Source: Geosiphon pyriformis uo1 (taxonomy: Eukaryota; Fungi; Glomeromycota). Taken from it: a stretch of 64,000 nucleotides of DNA. Location: NCBI GenBank assembly GCA_016748015.1, contig JAAOMT010000085.1:62001-126000 (forward strand). The letters are read 5' to 3'. Below are positions 13,501-26,100 of the stretch, piece by piece; position 1 is the first letter of the stretch; each line of letters begins with the position of its first letter. Made by a program: the position numbers and the translations under genes. The notes beneath the pieces were generated by a model that searched no databases, was not told the origin of the DNA, and worked only from the letters and a program-made list of their open reading frames with translations.

Positions 13501-14603
13501 TGCCACCAATAACTGTATTTTGCTTTCTTGCCAGGTTTTCTGTTAAAGGTTTTTCTGAAGATATTGTAGTAGGGCCAGCAAATCAGCTTGCCATTTACTA
13601 TAATTCCTTCTTTGTCAGTTTTAATATTATCCAGTGGCTTTTCATTGCTGGTGAAAATAGTATAGGTGAGTTCAACAGTTTCTTCCTGTTTTTCTTGATC
13701 TTTATCATTGCTCTCATCATCATCTGATTCATCTGATTGTTCTTTTTTTTGGTTTTGCTTGGGTATTGGAGGGGTTGTCCAATAATGGCACTTAATCACA
13801 ATGGGTTTTTCACCATATCTAATAGTTAACTCACAAAGTTCATAGTTAAGTAGTGCTTTGGCTTTCTTAAGCCATTTATTACCAACAATGATGGTATACT
13901 CTTTTGCTTCAGATACTTCCATATCAGTTTTAATGCTGATATTATTGATGTGGACAAAAATAACTTTGGCTATGCCCAAGCCTTTCTTCTTATTATTATG
14001 TACGTTGGTCATTGGTCTTGTGGAAGGCTCATTAATCTTTCTGCTGATTGCTTCAAAAAAATGTTTGGCAATTACACTAACAGATGATCTACTGTCTAAG
14101 ATCAGATCAATGAAGTAACCAGCCACTTGGGCTTTACAAATCAGAGGAGTGACATTGTTGTTATCAGCAAGTCTAGCTTGGTGAGAGCGTTTGTTGGTCT
14201 TTGGTGTTTTTTTCTTTGGTATTAATGATTTGTGAAGATCTTTTCTGAACTGTGGATGAGTCATCAGTTGGCCAAATGTAATGTGTGCTGGGGTTTTCAT
14301 GAGATCTTTAACAACAGAATAGGGTCCAGATTTTTATACAATTTCTGAGAGTTCCAACTTTGGAAGATTTTTAAAAACCTTAGCCTTTGGTAGCTCATTG
14401 TTATCAGCAGATGATTTGGATGCTTTGTTTAGATCTATAACGAAATCAATCTTGGCTTTCTTCTTCTTTCTGGTTGATTCAAACATGTTGATTGCTAGTT
14501 TATTCATATTATGATCATCATCAGTTAGGTTAAAAATGTAAAAGAGGTTTTCTTCTGGTTGGCTTGCACTCTCACCCTTTGGAGATACACCTACCAATTT
14601 AAA
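10593..14603 (-). pseudogene. Gypsy pol (protease, RT, RNase H, integrase), disrupted
   Basis: PR 'LILDSRSSVS' (DSG>DSR); RT 'VYLDDII' at ~12706-12726; RH 'LHTDVSGYELGAVLLQ' and 'IAYASRSL'; IN 'HTDPLAGHFG', 'YHPQTNGLVEHFN'; C-terminal 'WKGPF'. Confidence 0.93.
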
Positions 14604-16145
14604 GGCTGATAAACAGTAGTTTCAATTAGGGGATTCTTTCCAAAGAAATTGATGTTGGCATAATTGGGTCTTTGATTAGAAACATTATTATTGTTGGGTC
14701 TGTTATTTTAGGTGTCATTATTTTTGGGAGCTGAAAGAGGCAATGAAAGATTGTTACAGTCTTTAGAAAAGTGTTTAGTTAGTCCACAATGATAGCACAC
14801 AGGTGGGCCACAATTTTGTTGTCTTTAATATAGTGGTTGTTGGGTTTAATTGAAGCAGGATTCAAATCTGGGTCTTTGGAATTGCTGATTGTCTCTGACT
14901 GCTTAGGCTAATAGTTTTAATAGCCAGGCAAGATTAGCTGTAAGTCTATCTATTAACTGTTCATTTGGGTCTTAAGTTTGGGCAGCAAAAGAGGTAGCAG
15001 CCATTTGGAGAGCAGAAGCCATAACAAAAGCAGGAGCAAAAACTGAAAGTGTAGATCCTAAGTGTATTCTTTGATTGTTTTCTATTCTCTAAGCAAATTC
15101 AATGGCCATATCTATTGTGAGATTATCTTTCAAGACCAGGAGAGGCCAAAAAGCATATAATAGATAAGTTCTCAATCTTTTTGTAAAGGAATGTATTTTC
15201 TGCTCTTCTGTTCAATTTCTTCCAGAGTCTATTTATTTAATGAGTTTTCTTATTGCTTTGGCATATTCTGTCACAACCTCATCAGGACCTTGAGTTTTTT
15301 TTTCTAATTCCATACGCCATTTTGAGATTAAGATGGAAGTTCTAAATTTTGTTTCAAACTGGGTAGTGAAAGAGGTGTTGTCTTTTTTAGCATTTGCTGG
15401 TGCCTATTTAATAATTTTTTGCTGAGCATTGGCATTGGTTTCTTGTAAGAACCAAGTAGCAGAAGAGCCTTGGAAGTAGCCACCAACAATTTGGAACTTG
15501 TATTTATTATCATATTGGTTTGCTGTGGCAGCTCTTTTAAAATCATCCAACTATTCAATTGGATCTTGGGCATTACCTCTGAATAATGATAATGGAGTGT
15601 TGTTTCTTTGCCCTAAAGCAGTCTGTATACCTTGGAAAACAATCAGAATGTTTTGTTGCAGAGGGTCTTGAACCATTGGTTCAGGTGTAACTGTTTGTGT
15701 GAAGTGTTTTGATTCACTTGAAAAGATATCAAAAAACAAGAGTAGTTTGATAGCTTTCTTTTTCTGTTTCAAGAGAAGTTTCTGTTGATTGATGGGCAGC
15801 AATCCAAATGTGGATTTGATGATTCAGATATTCGAGATTAGGGGGCTGTTGTTTAAAGATTGTAAAATATAAAAGCTGATTGATACTGTTGTTTCTTTCT
15901 TTAAAGTTGTCTTCAAAATAAGCTTGGTTAAAGTAATAGGTTGTATAAGCTATGTAGGTTTCAGCTGAATGCTCATTTAGGAACCAGTTCCAAAAGTCTT
16001 GGAATTGTCTGCTGGATTGTTCTTCAATGGAGAAGCAAATCAAGCAGGAGGGCAAAGGATTAAGTTCAATAAAGTCTAGATCATTTTTGTTGTGTGCTTT
16101 AAAATATTCTTTTGATTGTTGTGACAGGTATGAATAATCACCCAT
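14591..16145 (-). pseudogene. Gypsy gag, disrupted
   Basis: 'FRGNAQDPIE*LDDFKRAATAN' and 'QGPDEVVTEY' are gag-like; CCHC knuckle CYHCGLTKHFSKDC at ~14756-14797; one frameshift in a T-run at ~15735. Confidence 0.85.
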
Positions 16146-16175
16146 ACAAATAGAAAACAAAGTGGATTTTGACAA

Positions 16176-16192
16176 CTTCACAAGAAGCACCA
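16176..16192 (-). other. Primer-binding site (tRNA 3'-end complement)
   Basis: Minus strand TGGTGCTTCTTGTGAAG starts 6 nt inside the 5' LTR end. Confidence 0.75.
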
Positions 16193-16198
16193 CTTTTA

Positions 16199-16913
16199 TG
16201 TTATGGGTTGGAGTAACAAGCTAATGGATAGCAAGGGAGAACAGGATTGTAGAGTGATGAGAATAATCAAAGGAAATTCAACTTCAAAGAGTGAATTGAA
16301 TAAGTATGGATTTAATGTGTGAGATCAGTTTCATAAAATATCTCAGTTGCTATACTTTTCAAAGATAACTGGGAAATCTGAAGATAGAAAAATAATCCAT
16401 ACTGTCAACAAATGATCACACTTGGTATAATTCTATGCTTCATGTTGGTGCTCTTAGAATTCAATATCAAGTATCAGATGTGCTCTTCAGTTACATTTTA
16501 TTCAATAATCTTCAAATGTTGCAATTACATGTTTTAGGAAAAAGGTAAAGAATAACCAACAAGTAATCTTTTATCTTTAAGATGTTCAGATACTTAAAAG
16601 TAGGGAAAGGGAAATTAGCAATAAGAAAAGAATTGAGATGAAAGTTGTTATTTTATTTATTTGATTTCCTTGATTTTTTCATACTTTTCTACAGTTAAGA
16701 GATTCATTACTTATATAGCTATCAAAAGTGGTCAATGATCAGGTCAACGACTAGATTAATGATCAGGTTAATGATTAGGTCAATAATCAGGTCAACAGTC
16801 AGGTCATTGATCAGGTCAATAATTACTTACTAAAAATAGAGTGGCTAATTTATATGACATCAATGGCTAATACATGTGATAATTAATAAGAAGTATAAGT
16901 TTCAACTGTAACA
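16199..16913 (-). repeat. 5' LTR of the Gypsy element
   Basis: tgttat...gtaaca, 715 bp, about 90% identical to 9161-9875 by manual alignment. Confidence 0.97.
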
Positions 16914-17306
16914 ATATTTCTATTAACAATAACAAAATAATAGCTATTTTATTAATTAAAAAGTTGTTAATACTTCTTTGTATATTAATAATTAGCCAAT
17001 TTTTATTGTCAAATATTATAAATCTTATAGATATTTGGAAATTTTTTTGTTTACAAATGACATATCTAAGCTAAGTTTTATTAAAGCTCATTTAAATATT
17101 AAGTTTTTTTCAAATTTGGTTTTCAAAAAAACTTTGTTGAACAAATAGTTCTTTTATTTAGTTTTAACAGTTTTATTATTTATTATAAATTATCAAATAT
17201 AGTTTAATATTGTGTTTAAGAGTATATATCAAAAATAAAATATTATAATAAAAAAGAGACTCAAATTTAAAGCCAATTTGCCAAAAGACTTTCTTAATAA
17301 AGCTTT

Positions 17307-19083
17307 TTTTTTTATTAATGCTTAACAAGTAAGATCCAAATGCTACCTAATACAGTACATTAGATAACTGATCTAAACTAGGCACAAATCATGCTTTTTC
17401 TACACATAACCAGCCATTCAGACTGATCAAAATGACACTAAGCAACTATGTAAACTGAAACATCATTACCAATACCAGAAAAGAATGAACATGATCTACG
17501 AAAACCAAAGTGAATACCAAAAGCGTCAGCAATACCAAGCAATCTACTAACACCAGCAGACAACCGCACTGACATTCTAGAAATTGAAACAGAAAATAAA
17601 CCATTAAGTGAAATTAACCTATTTTTTTCCATAAAGACATGATATTTAGCACAGACTAACCAAATGTAATTCTTGAAACTAAGACCGAAAGCATGCATAA
17701 AATTCACAATCTTCTAACTTACAATTTTAGGATCATAAAAGACAGACAAAGCCTCTTGGAACCAATCTTTAAAGACAAACCCTTTGAAAAGGGACATAAA
17801 TATAAAGACATTAGAAGTGCAAAACAACAAAAGTTAAGACACACAGGAAGAGGAACAAGAGAGACCAGAAATCAGCTTCCAGAAAGCTGCATGAGTATTC
17901 AACAACTGACAATAGATAAGGAGGTCAATTTTACAAGAGAAAACATGGTCAGAAACCTCCATATTACCACAAAACAAACACAATACACTCAGATAACATC
18001 TGGAGTAAAGTTGCTTCCAAACAGTAACAGACAGCTGATAATATAATGTCTTCATGAAGTACATATGCAAGCCAGCAGAAGGTTTGTTTGTGAAGCCTAC
18101 AGCCATATACAAATCTGGATGCCACACCAAAGAGAAATTTAATCAATCAACATCTGATAACAAATCACCCGCCAGAATCTTGGAGCCAGAACTGACTTTC
18201 TAATACACATGATAAACAAATTTAAACACATTCCAAACAAAATGCCTAGAATTACCAGAAACGAGATCACCACTAGCCAAAAGACAATGTCTCTCCAAAT
18301 GGGGGAGAAAAAACCAATCAGAGTTGGAAGGAACAGCAACAAGAGCATCTGTTTGATTATTCCTCACAACACCTAAGTGATCTTTTACTTTAAGCCACTT
18401 TACCCTCAAATTTTTACTACAAATAATGTTCACAATATGCAAATGTTCTACCCAACACTGATTGCAAAAATTCGGACAAATTAGACATAATTTTGACTTG
18501 TATGTATCTAGAACAGCCTGACTATTAGAGTGTAAACATACTGAGCAATGAGGAGGAACACATTCCAATGCCAGAGCTATGGTCTGTAGCTCTGTTAAAG
18601 TAGAAAACAACAAACCAGAAATCTTTATACCCAAACCTAGACCAATATCTTCAAAAAAGACAGCAGCACCAGCCTTTCTTTATATGATGTCCAAATCTCT
18701 TAGAGAGCTATCTGTATAGACAGACAAACAACTAGTACCAACACAAGACAACTAATTACATACCAACTTAAATTCTTGGAACTTAAAAATGCTCAAATGG
18801 CCACCAATACTCTCAGAAGCAGACATACAAACAGAAAAAGAAGACATATTATTAAGGAAGATGACAGAAAAACTAAACCAATCAGGAGCTGAGTCATGAG
18901 AATTCAATCTCTTTCAATGCTTAAAAGTTTTCCAATCAAAAATGGCACCATTATGATTACAGAGCTGATCCATAAAGGCAATGTCATACCAATAGAAAGA
19001 TGGAAGACACACACAAAACTTAGCTTTTCCAAGAACCACTGACATAGGGACACTATCCTGATGATGAAAAAAATCACTCAAAG
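17307..19083 (-). mobile_element. 5'-truncated LINE (RNase H + CCHC + 3' UTR + poly(A)), 10-bp TSD
   Basis: TSD ATAAAGCTTT at 17297-17306 and 19084-19093; 'ELQTIALALE', 'WLKVKDHLG', 'CLFCGNMEVSDHVFSC'; poly(T) at the left end. Confidence 0.93.
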
Positions 19084-20789
19084 ATAAAGCTTTGTATTAT
19101 TTATTTTTGTATAAATTAAAATTTTTTAAATAAATATAAACAGAAACAAAAATGATTTTAGTAATTTAATTTTTAATATAATAAGAGTTTTTAGTTGACT
19201 ATTTAAGCACTACTTTTTAGATTTGCAGATTCTGAATTAAATGTCTATATATTTACAATAGTATTTGGTTAAGTTAAAAGTCAGTCTAATTAATAATTTT
19301 TTGGTAAGTATAATAAAATTTTTTAAATAATAGAATTTTTTTGTCAAATAATTTGCTTAATGTATTTTATAAATTTGATCACTTTTTAATATTTGTAATT
19401 CTAAGAAATTTTTATTATTTTAATGTAATTTGTTTTTTAAAGTGCTTTAATATTATTTTTAAAGACAAATTATTGAACAAATATAGAATAGCTATATATT
19501 AAAAACATTTTATCATTGGAAAAAATTGAGTTTTAGAGATTTAATACTATTGTGGTTTGAAAAAGCTTTAGATTACATAAGTAATTTTTTTATTAAAACT
19601 AATAGAGTTGTTTTAAATTTTAATTGTTTAAATTTTTTTTTTTAAATTTTTTTTAGATATTCAGAAGTATTTGTATAAATTGTAAACTAAAGTAATTAAA
19701 ATTTATACAGATAATTTATTAAAAAAATTAAAGACTACAAAAGTGGCTGATAAAACAACAGCATATTTTTTTAAAGTTAAAATAAGAATAGACATTAAAA
19801 TACATAAATTAGTGTTTTTGACAATATTAGAATTGTAAATAATTGCTTTAATATTGGAATATGTTTTTTTTTTGCTTAGTAATTTTGTATACAAATAGTC
19901 TGGTTGTTATAAGTGCATATATTTTAAAGCTTAAATTTTATTTGTCTAATTTTTAGAACAAGTATTAAGTAAAAAAACAGCATATAGTTAATTTAATAAG
20001 ATCAAAAAACATTTTTGTAAAATAAGTAAAAGTCAAAAGCCATTTAAAAAATGCAAATAATAATTTTGCCAATATTTTAATATATAATATAACACAATTT
20101 TATTTGGGTTTTTTTATTGAAGTTTAAGAAAAATTTATTATAACTAATAATTTGATCATGTTAAATAATATCTGTTATTTTATTTGTAATATTTATTTAA
20201 TTATTTGTTATGCTCAATAAAAAACAGGTTTTAGTACAAAAATTTTGGATGGTTTTTTTATTCAGAACATAAACTAGACTTGTACTGTTTTGGTCTAACA
20301 TCTGAACTTTTAAATGTTTTTTGGTTTTATTAATTAGATATTAGCTGCTTTTCACACATATTTAATAAAAACAAATCATAAAAAGTTGTTAATTACAGTC
20401 AAAAAAAGATTTTATAACAAAGATTATCTAAATATATTGTGCTTGATATGCAATAATATTAAATTGTTTAATCATGCTTTTATTTGTTTAAAAAATATTT
20501 TTTGCATTCTGAAATTTTGCATAGATATTAAACTGTAAATGTTTTTAATAAGGATTTGTTCTGTATTATCTTTATTAATACTATATATTTTTTTTGGGGA
20601 GATTTTAAATGTAAGTATTTACATAATTTTGTGTAAAAGTTTTATTTTTAAGAACTGAATTAATAAAACAGTATTGGTTTTTGGTAGTTTAAAAAAATCT
20701 GTATTAATAGTAATTAATTTTATTTATTGTTTAACTAAAAAACATTAAAACAAGTTATGATTACTTAGATCAAAGTTTAAAATAAATAT

Positions 20790-21113
20790 AGAAAAAAGTA
20801 AACTGGTTAATAATGTAAAAATTTTATTTAAAGTCTTATAGAATTTGTCTAGAATTTTTTCAGCTAAAATAGTTTAGTTGCTTAATATTGTCAAGTTTTT
20901 TGCTATTAGTTTTAGATTGTACAAGACTTGTTTTTTTTGAGTTTAAATAATAATGTAAAAGTTTGAATAAATGCATAGTATTATTTTAATTAGTCTAATT
21001 AATTGGTCATATATAAAAAGTACATGAACTATATTTAGTTAAAATTACTTTGTTTGTTTTTGTATATTAAATAATAGTTAAACTGTATTTATTAAAAATA
21101 TAATAAAAAAAAA
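20790..21113 (+). mobile_element. Short hypermutated LINE 3' end (ORF2 C-terminus, 3' UTR, A-tail)
   Basis: 'LLNIVKFFAISFRLYKTCFF' matches 'LLGLANFFAISFGRQKPYCFF'; followed by a UTR resembling the other copies and an A-run. Confidence 0.7.
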
Positions 21114-21320
21114 TTAACATAAAATTATAATTTTAAAGTTATTTAATTTTATCTAAAAATTTGTGATTAATTACAAAAAAAACTTCTTTTTCTTCTTCAT
21201 TCAAAAATCCCTAAAAAGAGTCAAAAGTTTTTTCTGAAAGAAGTTTTTACAATTCAGTATGATAAATCTAAATCCTTTATTCTTGACTACAAGGCTACTG
21301 TTGGCTGTAGTATTGCTGTT

Positions 21321-23120
21321 ATGAAGAAGACTGCTAAAGTTTCTGGTACTAGTAATGGCTTTAGACCTATTCTTCCAAGAAAAAAAAAGAGAGGTGGTGT
21401 TTTAGAAGATAGTTCTAATGGTAAGAATGTTGGTTCTAAGGTTCAGAATAATCACTTATGGAATTCAGAGACTGGTGACATCACTGAGTTTAATAGTATT
21501 GATATAAAGGAGAAATGTCTAGTGAAAGAGACCAGTTTTGATTATAATAAAAGTGGTGTTTTTGCTGAAGGAGATTCTAATTAAACACTTGCTAATTCAA
21601 AAATCAAAACCAAAAAAACATTAAGCAAGCTATTGGGTAAAATTAATTTTTCATTAAGTGATATTAAAGATGATGTTCTTTTAGACACTTTATTGAAACT
21701 CCTTTTACCTCTAAAGAATCTGATCAACATTTCTGTTCACAAATTTTTTACTTTGGATATTGGGTTGGACAAAATGGTTGGGAAATCTTCTCAAAAAAAG
21801 CTTCAAGTAATCAGAAAGTTGTTTTCAAAAATCAATGGTTTTGGAAAGGCCTCTACCCCCTCAAAGTTTGCTGAAATCATTAAAGCAATGTTTACTTCCA
21901 AATTAAGTTTGGTGCAGACTTCTAAAAAAGCTGAAGAAGTGAAAATTTTGGTTAATACTGATCTTAGAAAATCTACTAGGCATTCAGATTGGGCTGTGGT
22001 ATTAAAAAAAATTCCAGTTAGAACATCAGTTGAGGCTGTGTGTACTGCACTATTTGAATTTGGGTTAATTAAGTCAATCAAAATGCAATTGGTAGAACTG
22101 TAACAGAAAGTAGTAGTTGAGTTTAATTAGATAGATCATGCTGATTTGGTCACAGCAAAATGGTCTATTCTAATCAGAAAAGATGTGGTGCATATTGCTA
22201 GGTCCAATATGAACAAAGAATTATGGGATGCAAAAGACAATCATAGAGTGCTGCTTTATATTCTCTCTGTAAGAACAAATGCTCATAACATTTGGGATTT
22301 TATTGGTTCTGTGAGTAGAAAAACATGTATGATCAACCAGCATTCTATTACATATGTCCAGGCCAAATGTGCTATTGTTTGTTTTAATTTAGCTGAATCT
22401 TTGGATGTCATCATGGGAATCACATCTGTGTTAAAAGGAGCCAATTTGCAATGGTTTCATCAAGGTTTTTCTAAGTGCACCAAGTGTAAGAAAATAAGGC
22501 ATACATCATTGAACTGTTCTGTGAATGGGAGTTTGTATTCTGGCAAGCCATCTCATATGTCACTTTTAGATATGGATAAAAGCAGGTTGGCTGCCATCTA
22601 TTCCAAGCATTCAGTTCCTATTGCTTGTTCTGTTGCTTTTGGTGGGATTTCATGAGCAAAAATAGCTGGTGGATTTTCATTTTCTCTTTTCTCTGTAAAA
22701 AATGGTTCAGTCAATCCTGGCTCTTTTTCGGAGATAAAGCCTACCCTTCCTGTTATATTTGATATTGAAAAAAGATTTGCTGTTTTAGAAGTCAGTCTTA
22801 CCAGCCTCATAGAACAGATTAGTGAGTTGGCTAAGAGATTGGATTTGCTTATACCAGCAGTTTCTCAGCCTAGCCCTGGATGTCAGCTGCTGGTAACCCC
22901 CTCATCACAGAATCAGGTGGGTAATATAGTGATAAGAAAGAGCTTGAGTAAGGCCACTAGTGATAAGGTTGCTGTGTTTCTGAACTCATCTTCTTCCCCT
23001 AATATGGTCAAATTTGAGAATATGTTGGAAGGTCTTTTTACTTCAGTTTTGAGTTTGTCAGCTTATCTTAATGGTTTGGTCCTGGCTGGTAATATGCACC
23101 CCTGATCTTCTTCTTAATGA
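21321..23120 (+). pseudogene. LINE A ORF1 (RRM-like, CCHC knuckle, coiled-coil-like C-terminus)
   Basis: In-frame fragments 21321-21584, 21633-22103, 22146-22655, 22827-23105; CTKCKKIRHTSLNC. Confidence 0.88.
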
Positions 23121-26100
23121 GTGAATTAGCCTAGAAGTTTGCAACATATAATGTCAGAGGCATAAACAATCCTGTAAAACAGGAGGATATTGTGTATTGG
23201 CATGTGAAATTTAAAAATATGGTCTCAATTGTTATTAAAACAAAGTTAAAGTCTGGTTGTAGACCTTAGATTATGAACAGGTTTGATAGTATTAGAATTT
23301 TTTCATTTGGTTTGGACAAAGGGTTTTTTGGTGCTGGGGTGGTCATTATTATGAACAATTTTTTGGCCTGCCATGTTTCTAAAGTTAAGAAGGTCCCTGG
23401 TCGGATTATTTTGGTGTATCTCCTCTTCAAAGGTAAACTCTCAGTTACAGTTTTGGGTTTGTATACTGGTGCATTCTCTGGAACTAGATTTGGTTAGACT
23501 ATGGAAGTCAATTTTTTTATCACAAAAGCTCTAAACTCCAGTACTTTTGTGGTCTTGAGAGGTAACTTCAATGAGAATAATTCTAAGAAAAATGCAAGTT
23601 TTAAGTTTTGTTTGGATCTGGGTCTGGCCAACTCATTTGGTGCATACTCATTAGTCAGGACTTCTACATAGAGCAATTCAAGGGGTGCCAAAAAAACAAT
23701 TAATTATATTTTTGTCAGTAATAATTTGTCTTTAGCAGTCATTAATCTGATTGTTGCTTTTGTTTCTAATTATTTTGACACTGACCACAAGACTGTTGTG
23801 GTGTCAGTTAGTCTGGGTGGGCTTTTGGATGTTTAGTTGAATGGTTTGCACAAACAAGCTAATAAAAATTGATAGAAGTTCAAAATTGCGGATATGGACA
23901 GTTCCAAATGGGCACATTTTAAGAAGTGTTCTTTAGTTAAGTTTTCTTCTATGAGTAATGAGTTTTTAGTCACCAGTGCTGGTGAGAATTTTGATTCTAT
24001 GTGGTCTTTGTTGGTAAAAGTGTTGGTCAATGCAGCTGATGAGACATTCTTTATACATTGGTTTTATAAGATCAAATGTTCTTCCAACAAACATTCTTTT
24101 AAATTTTTTAAACTAGAACTGCTGGTTGCTAAATTAGTAAAGTCTTTTCAGTCTGGTAATGCTTCTAAAACTGGTTTCCTTCTCAATGCTTGGTTGATTG
24201 CTGATAAAAGTAAGGCTTTTAAAGTTTGAAACATGTTAAATAATAGTGCTAGCAGCATGGAAATTTTTGTTTGTCTGTTCAGGTTTAGGAAGAGTTACCA
24301 TTATTCCAAGATGCATAAGTCTAAAGCTGTTGAAGCTGCCACAATTAGGCATGCTATTAATAGAAGAATGAAAAATTTTTGCACAGACAAAGACCATATA
24401 ATCAGAAGTATTTTGGATAGACTTTTTCACAAAGTGGTCCTTGACCATTTGGTGGTAGATGATGAATTAATTTTAGATTCTGGTGAAGTTAAATCCAAAG
24501 TTGATATAATAATAGAAAAGTGGACCAGAAAGTGGTCAGTGTCTACATCTTTTTCTGTTTCTTGGACTTGTCAGTATGCTTCTTTGCAATATGTAGATAA
24601 TGATGTTTTCTTTGGTGTTATGGATATTATTGGTTTTGATGAGCTTTTTTAGATTGTTAAACATTTACTGGATGAAAAGGCTGCTGGCCTTAGTGGTATT
24701 TCTAATGAATTATAGAAGCATTGTGATGAGGTCATTCTCAAAAGCTTGTTGGATCTCCTAAATTTGTGCCTAAGATTAGACAAGATTCTGGTTTTGTGGG
24801 GAAAAGTGTAGGTCTCTATGATATTTAAGTCTTATGATTGGGATGGTATCTTAATGAACACTCACCCTATTGCTCTGCTGAAAACTGCTCACAAGATCTT
24901 TTTTAAGATTCTTTCAGATCAGATTTTTCTTGCTTGCAGTAAGTTTGGGGTGTTGTATGAGGATAATTTTTTCATTCTTCATAATATCTCTACCCAGTCT
25001 CCCATTTTTGCTGTTGGTTTAGTGGTAGAAGATGCTTTAGAGAAAGACAGAGAGGTTTGGTTGGTTTTGCAGAATATGTACAAGGCATATGACTTAATTA
25101 GCTGGCACTATTTGGAGACTAGTTTGTGGTGCATCAAAATGTGTGACAGATTTATTAGGTTTTTTGGTAGAATTCATAAAGATAAATTAAACCATGTTAT
25201 GACAAATTTTGGTCTTTTGGATGATTACTGGGTGCTGGATGGTCTTGATCAAGGGGAAGTGTTTTCCCCTCTTCTCTGACAGATTTTCTATGATCTCTTA
25301 CTGTGTAAGATTAAAAGACAGAAAAGTATATGTGGCTACCAGATTAATACCAAGTTTGTGGTCAAATTGGGCAGAATAAACAATATGGGTAAAATGACTT
25401 TTTTTTTTGCTGCTGGTGCTTTTGTTGACAATACTATCTGGATTGGGAGTAGTCAGGCTGCCACACAATTTATATTGGATGTTGCCAGTAATTTCTTTGC
25501 TATTAATAATATCTCAATAAATAATAATAAAACAGTGGCCATTCCTATTAACCAGAGGGTCCAGAATGCTGTTTTTAGGATTAGTGGGTTGCCTATCTCG
25601 ATTATCAGATGTGGTGTGTTTCATAGATACTTGGGTATATTCTTGTTAACTGATGGTTTGTCCAAGTCCAGCTTGGCTAAAGCTCAGTCTGACATCAAGT
25701 TCTTTTCTAATATGGTGCTACATAAAGCTATTTTAGACAAACAGTTCATATATTTGGTGTTAGCTGTTCTTTAGCCTATTATCAACTACTGCACTTAGTT
25801 TAGTTTTGTCTCCTCTGCTGTTTGTTAGCACTGGAATGCTCTGGTTAGAAAAAACTTCAAGTCAAAGGCTGGTTTGTTTTAAGATTTTCTAAGTGAGGTA
25901 CGTTATCATTTTTCACTCTATGGTCTAAAGACATTTAAACAAGTTCAAGCTAAGAGGAAGTCTGCTTTTGTTATAAGTTTTTCTAATTCTTTTGGAGTTG
26001 TTGGTCAGCTTTTTGAGCATTGTTTTCTGGATTTGCAGGTTTTGGATTGGACTCTTTTTAATCCCTTGTAGTATCTTATGAGACTGCATGTTGGTTCTTT

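Larger units (their letters stand above)
9161..16913 (-). mobile_element. Full-length but inactivated Ty3/Gypsy LTR retrotransposon (7753 bp), 4-bp TSD ATAT
   Basis: Two 715-bp TG...CA LTRs; TSD ATAT at 9157-9160 and 16914-16917; PBS and PPT present; domain order gag-PR-RT-RH-IN. Confidence 0.97.
7638..20730 (+). mobile_element. Old hypermutated LINE ORF2 (host element) in three pieces: 7638-9160, 16914-17306 and 19084-~20730
   Basis: Translations match ORF2 of younger copies (e.g. 'NRHLLKVFKLKLLITKIVK'; RNase H 'IYTDNLLK' at ~19701). Reading rejoins across both insertions: 'FFKINN|ISINNNK' and 'PKDFLNKAL|YYLFLY'. Confidence 0.8.
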
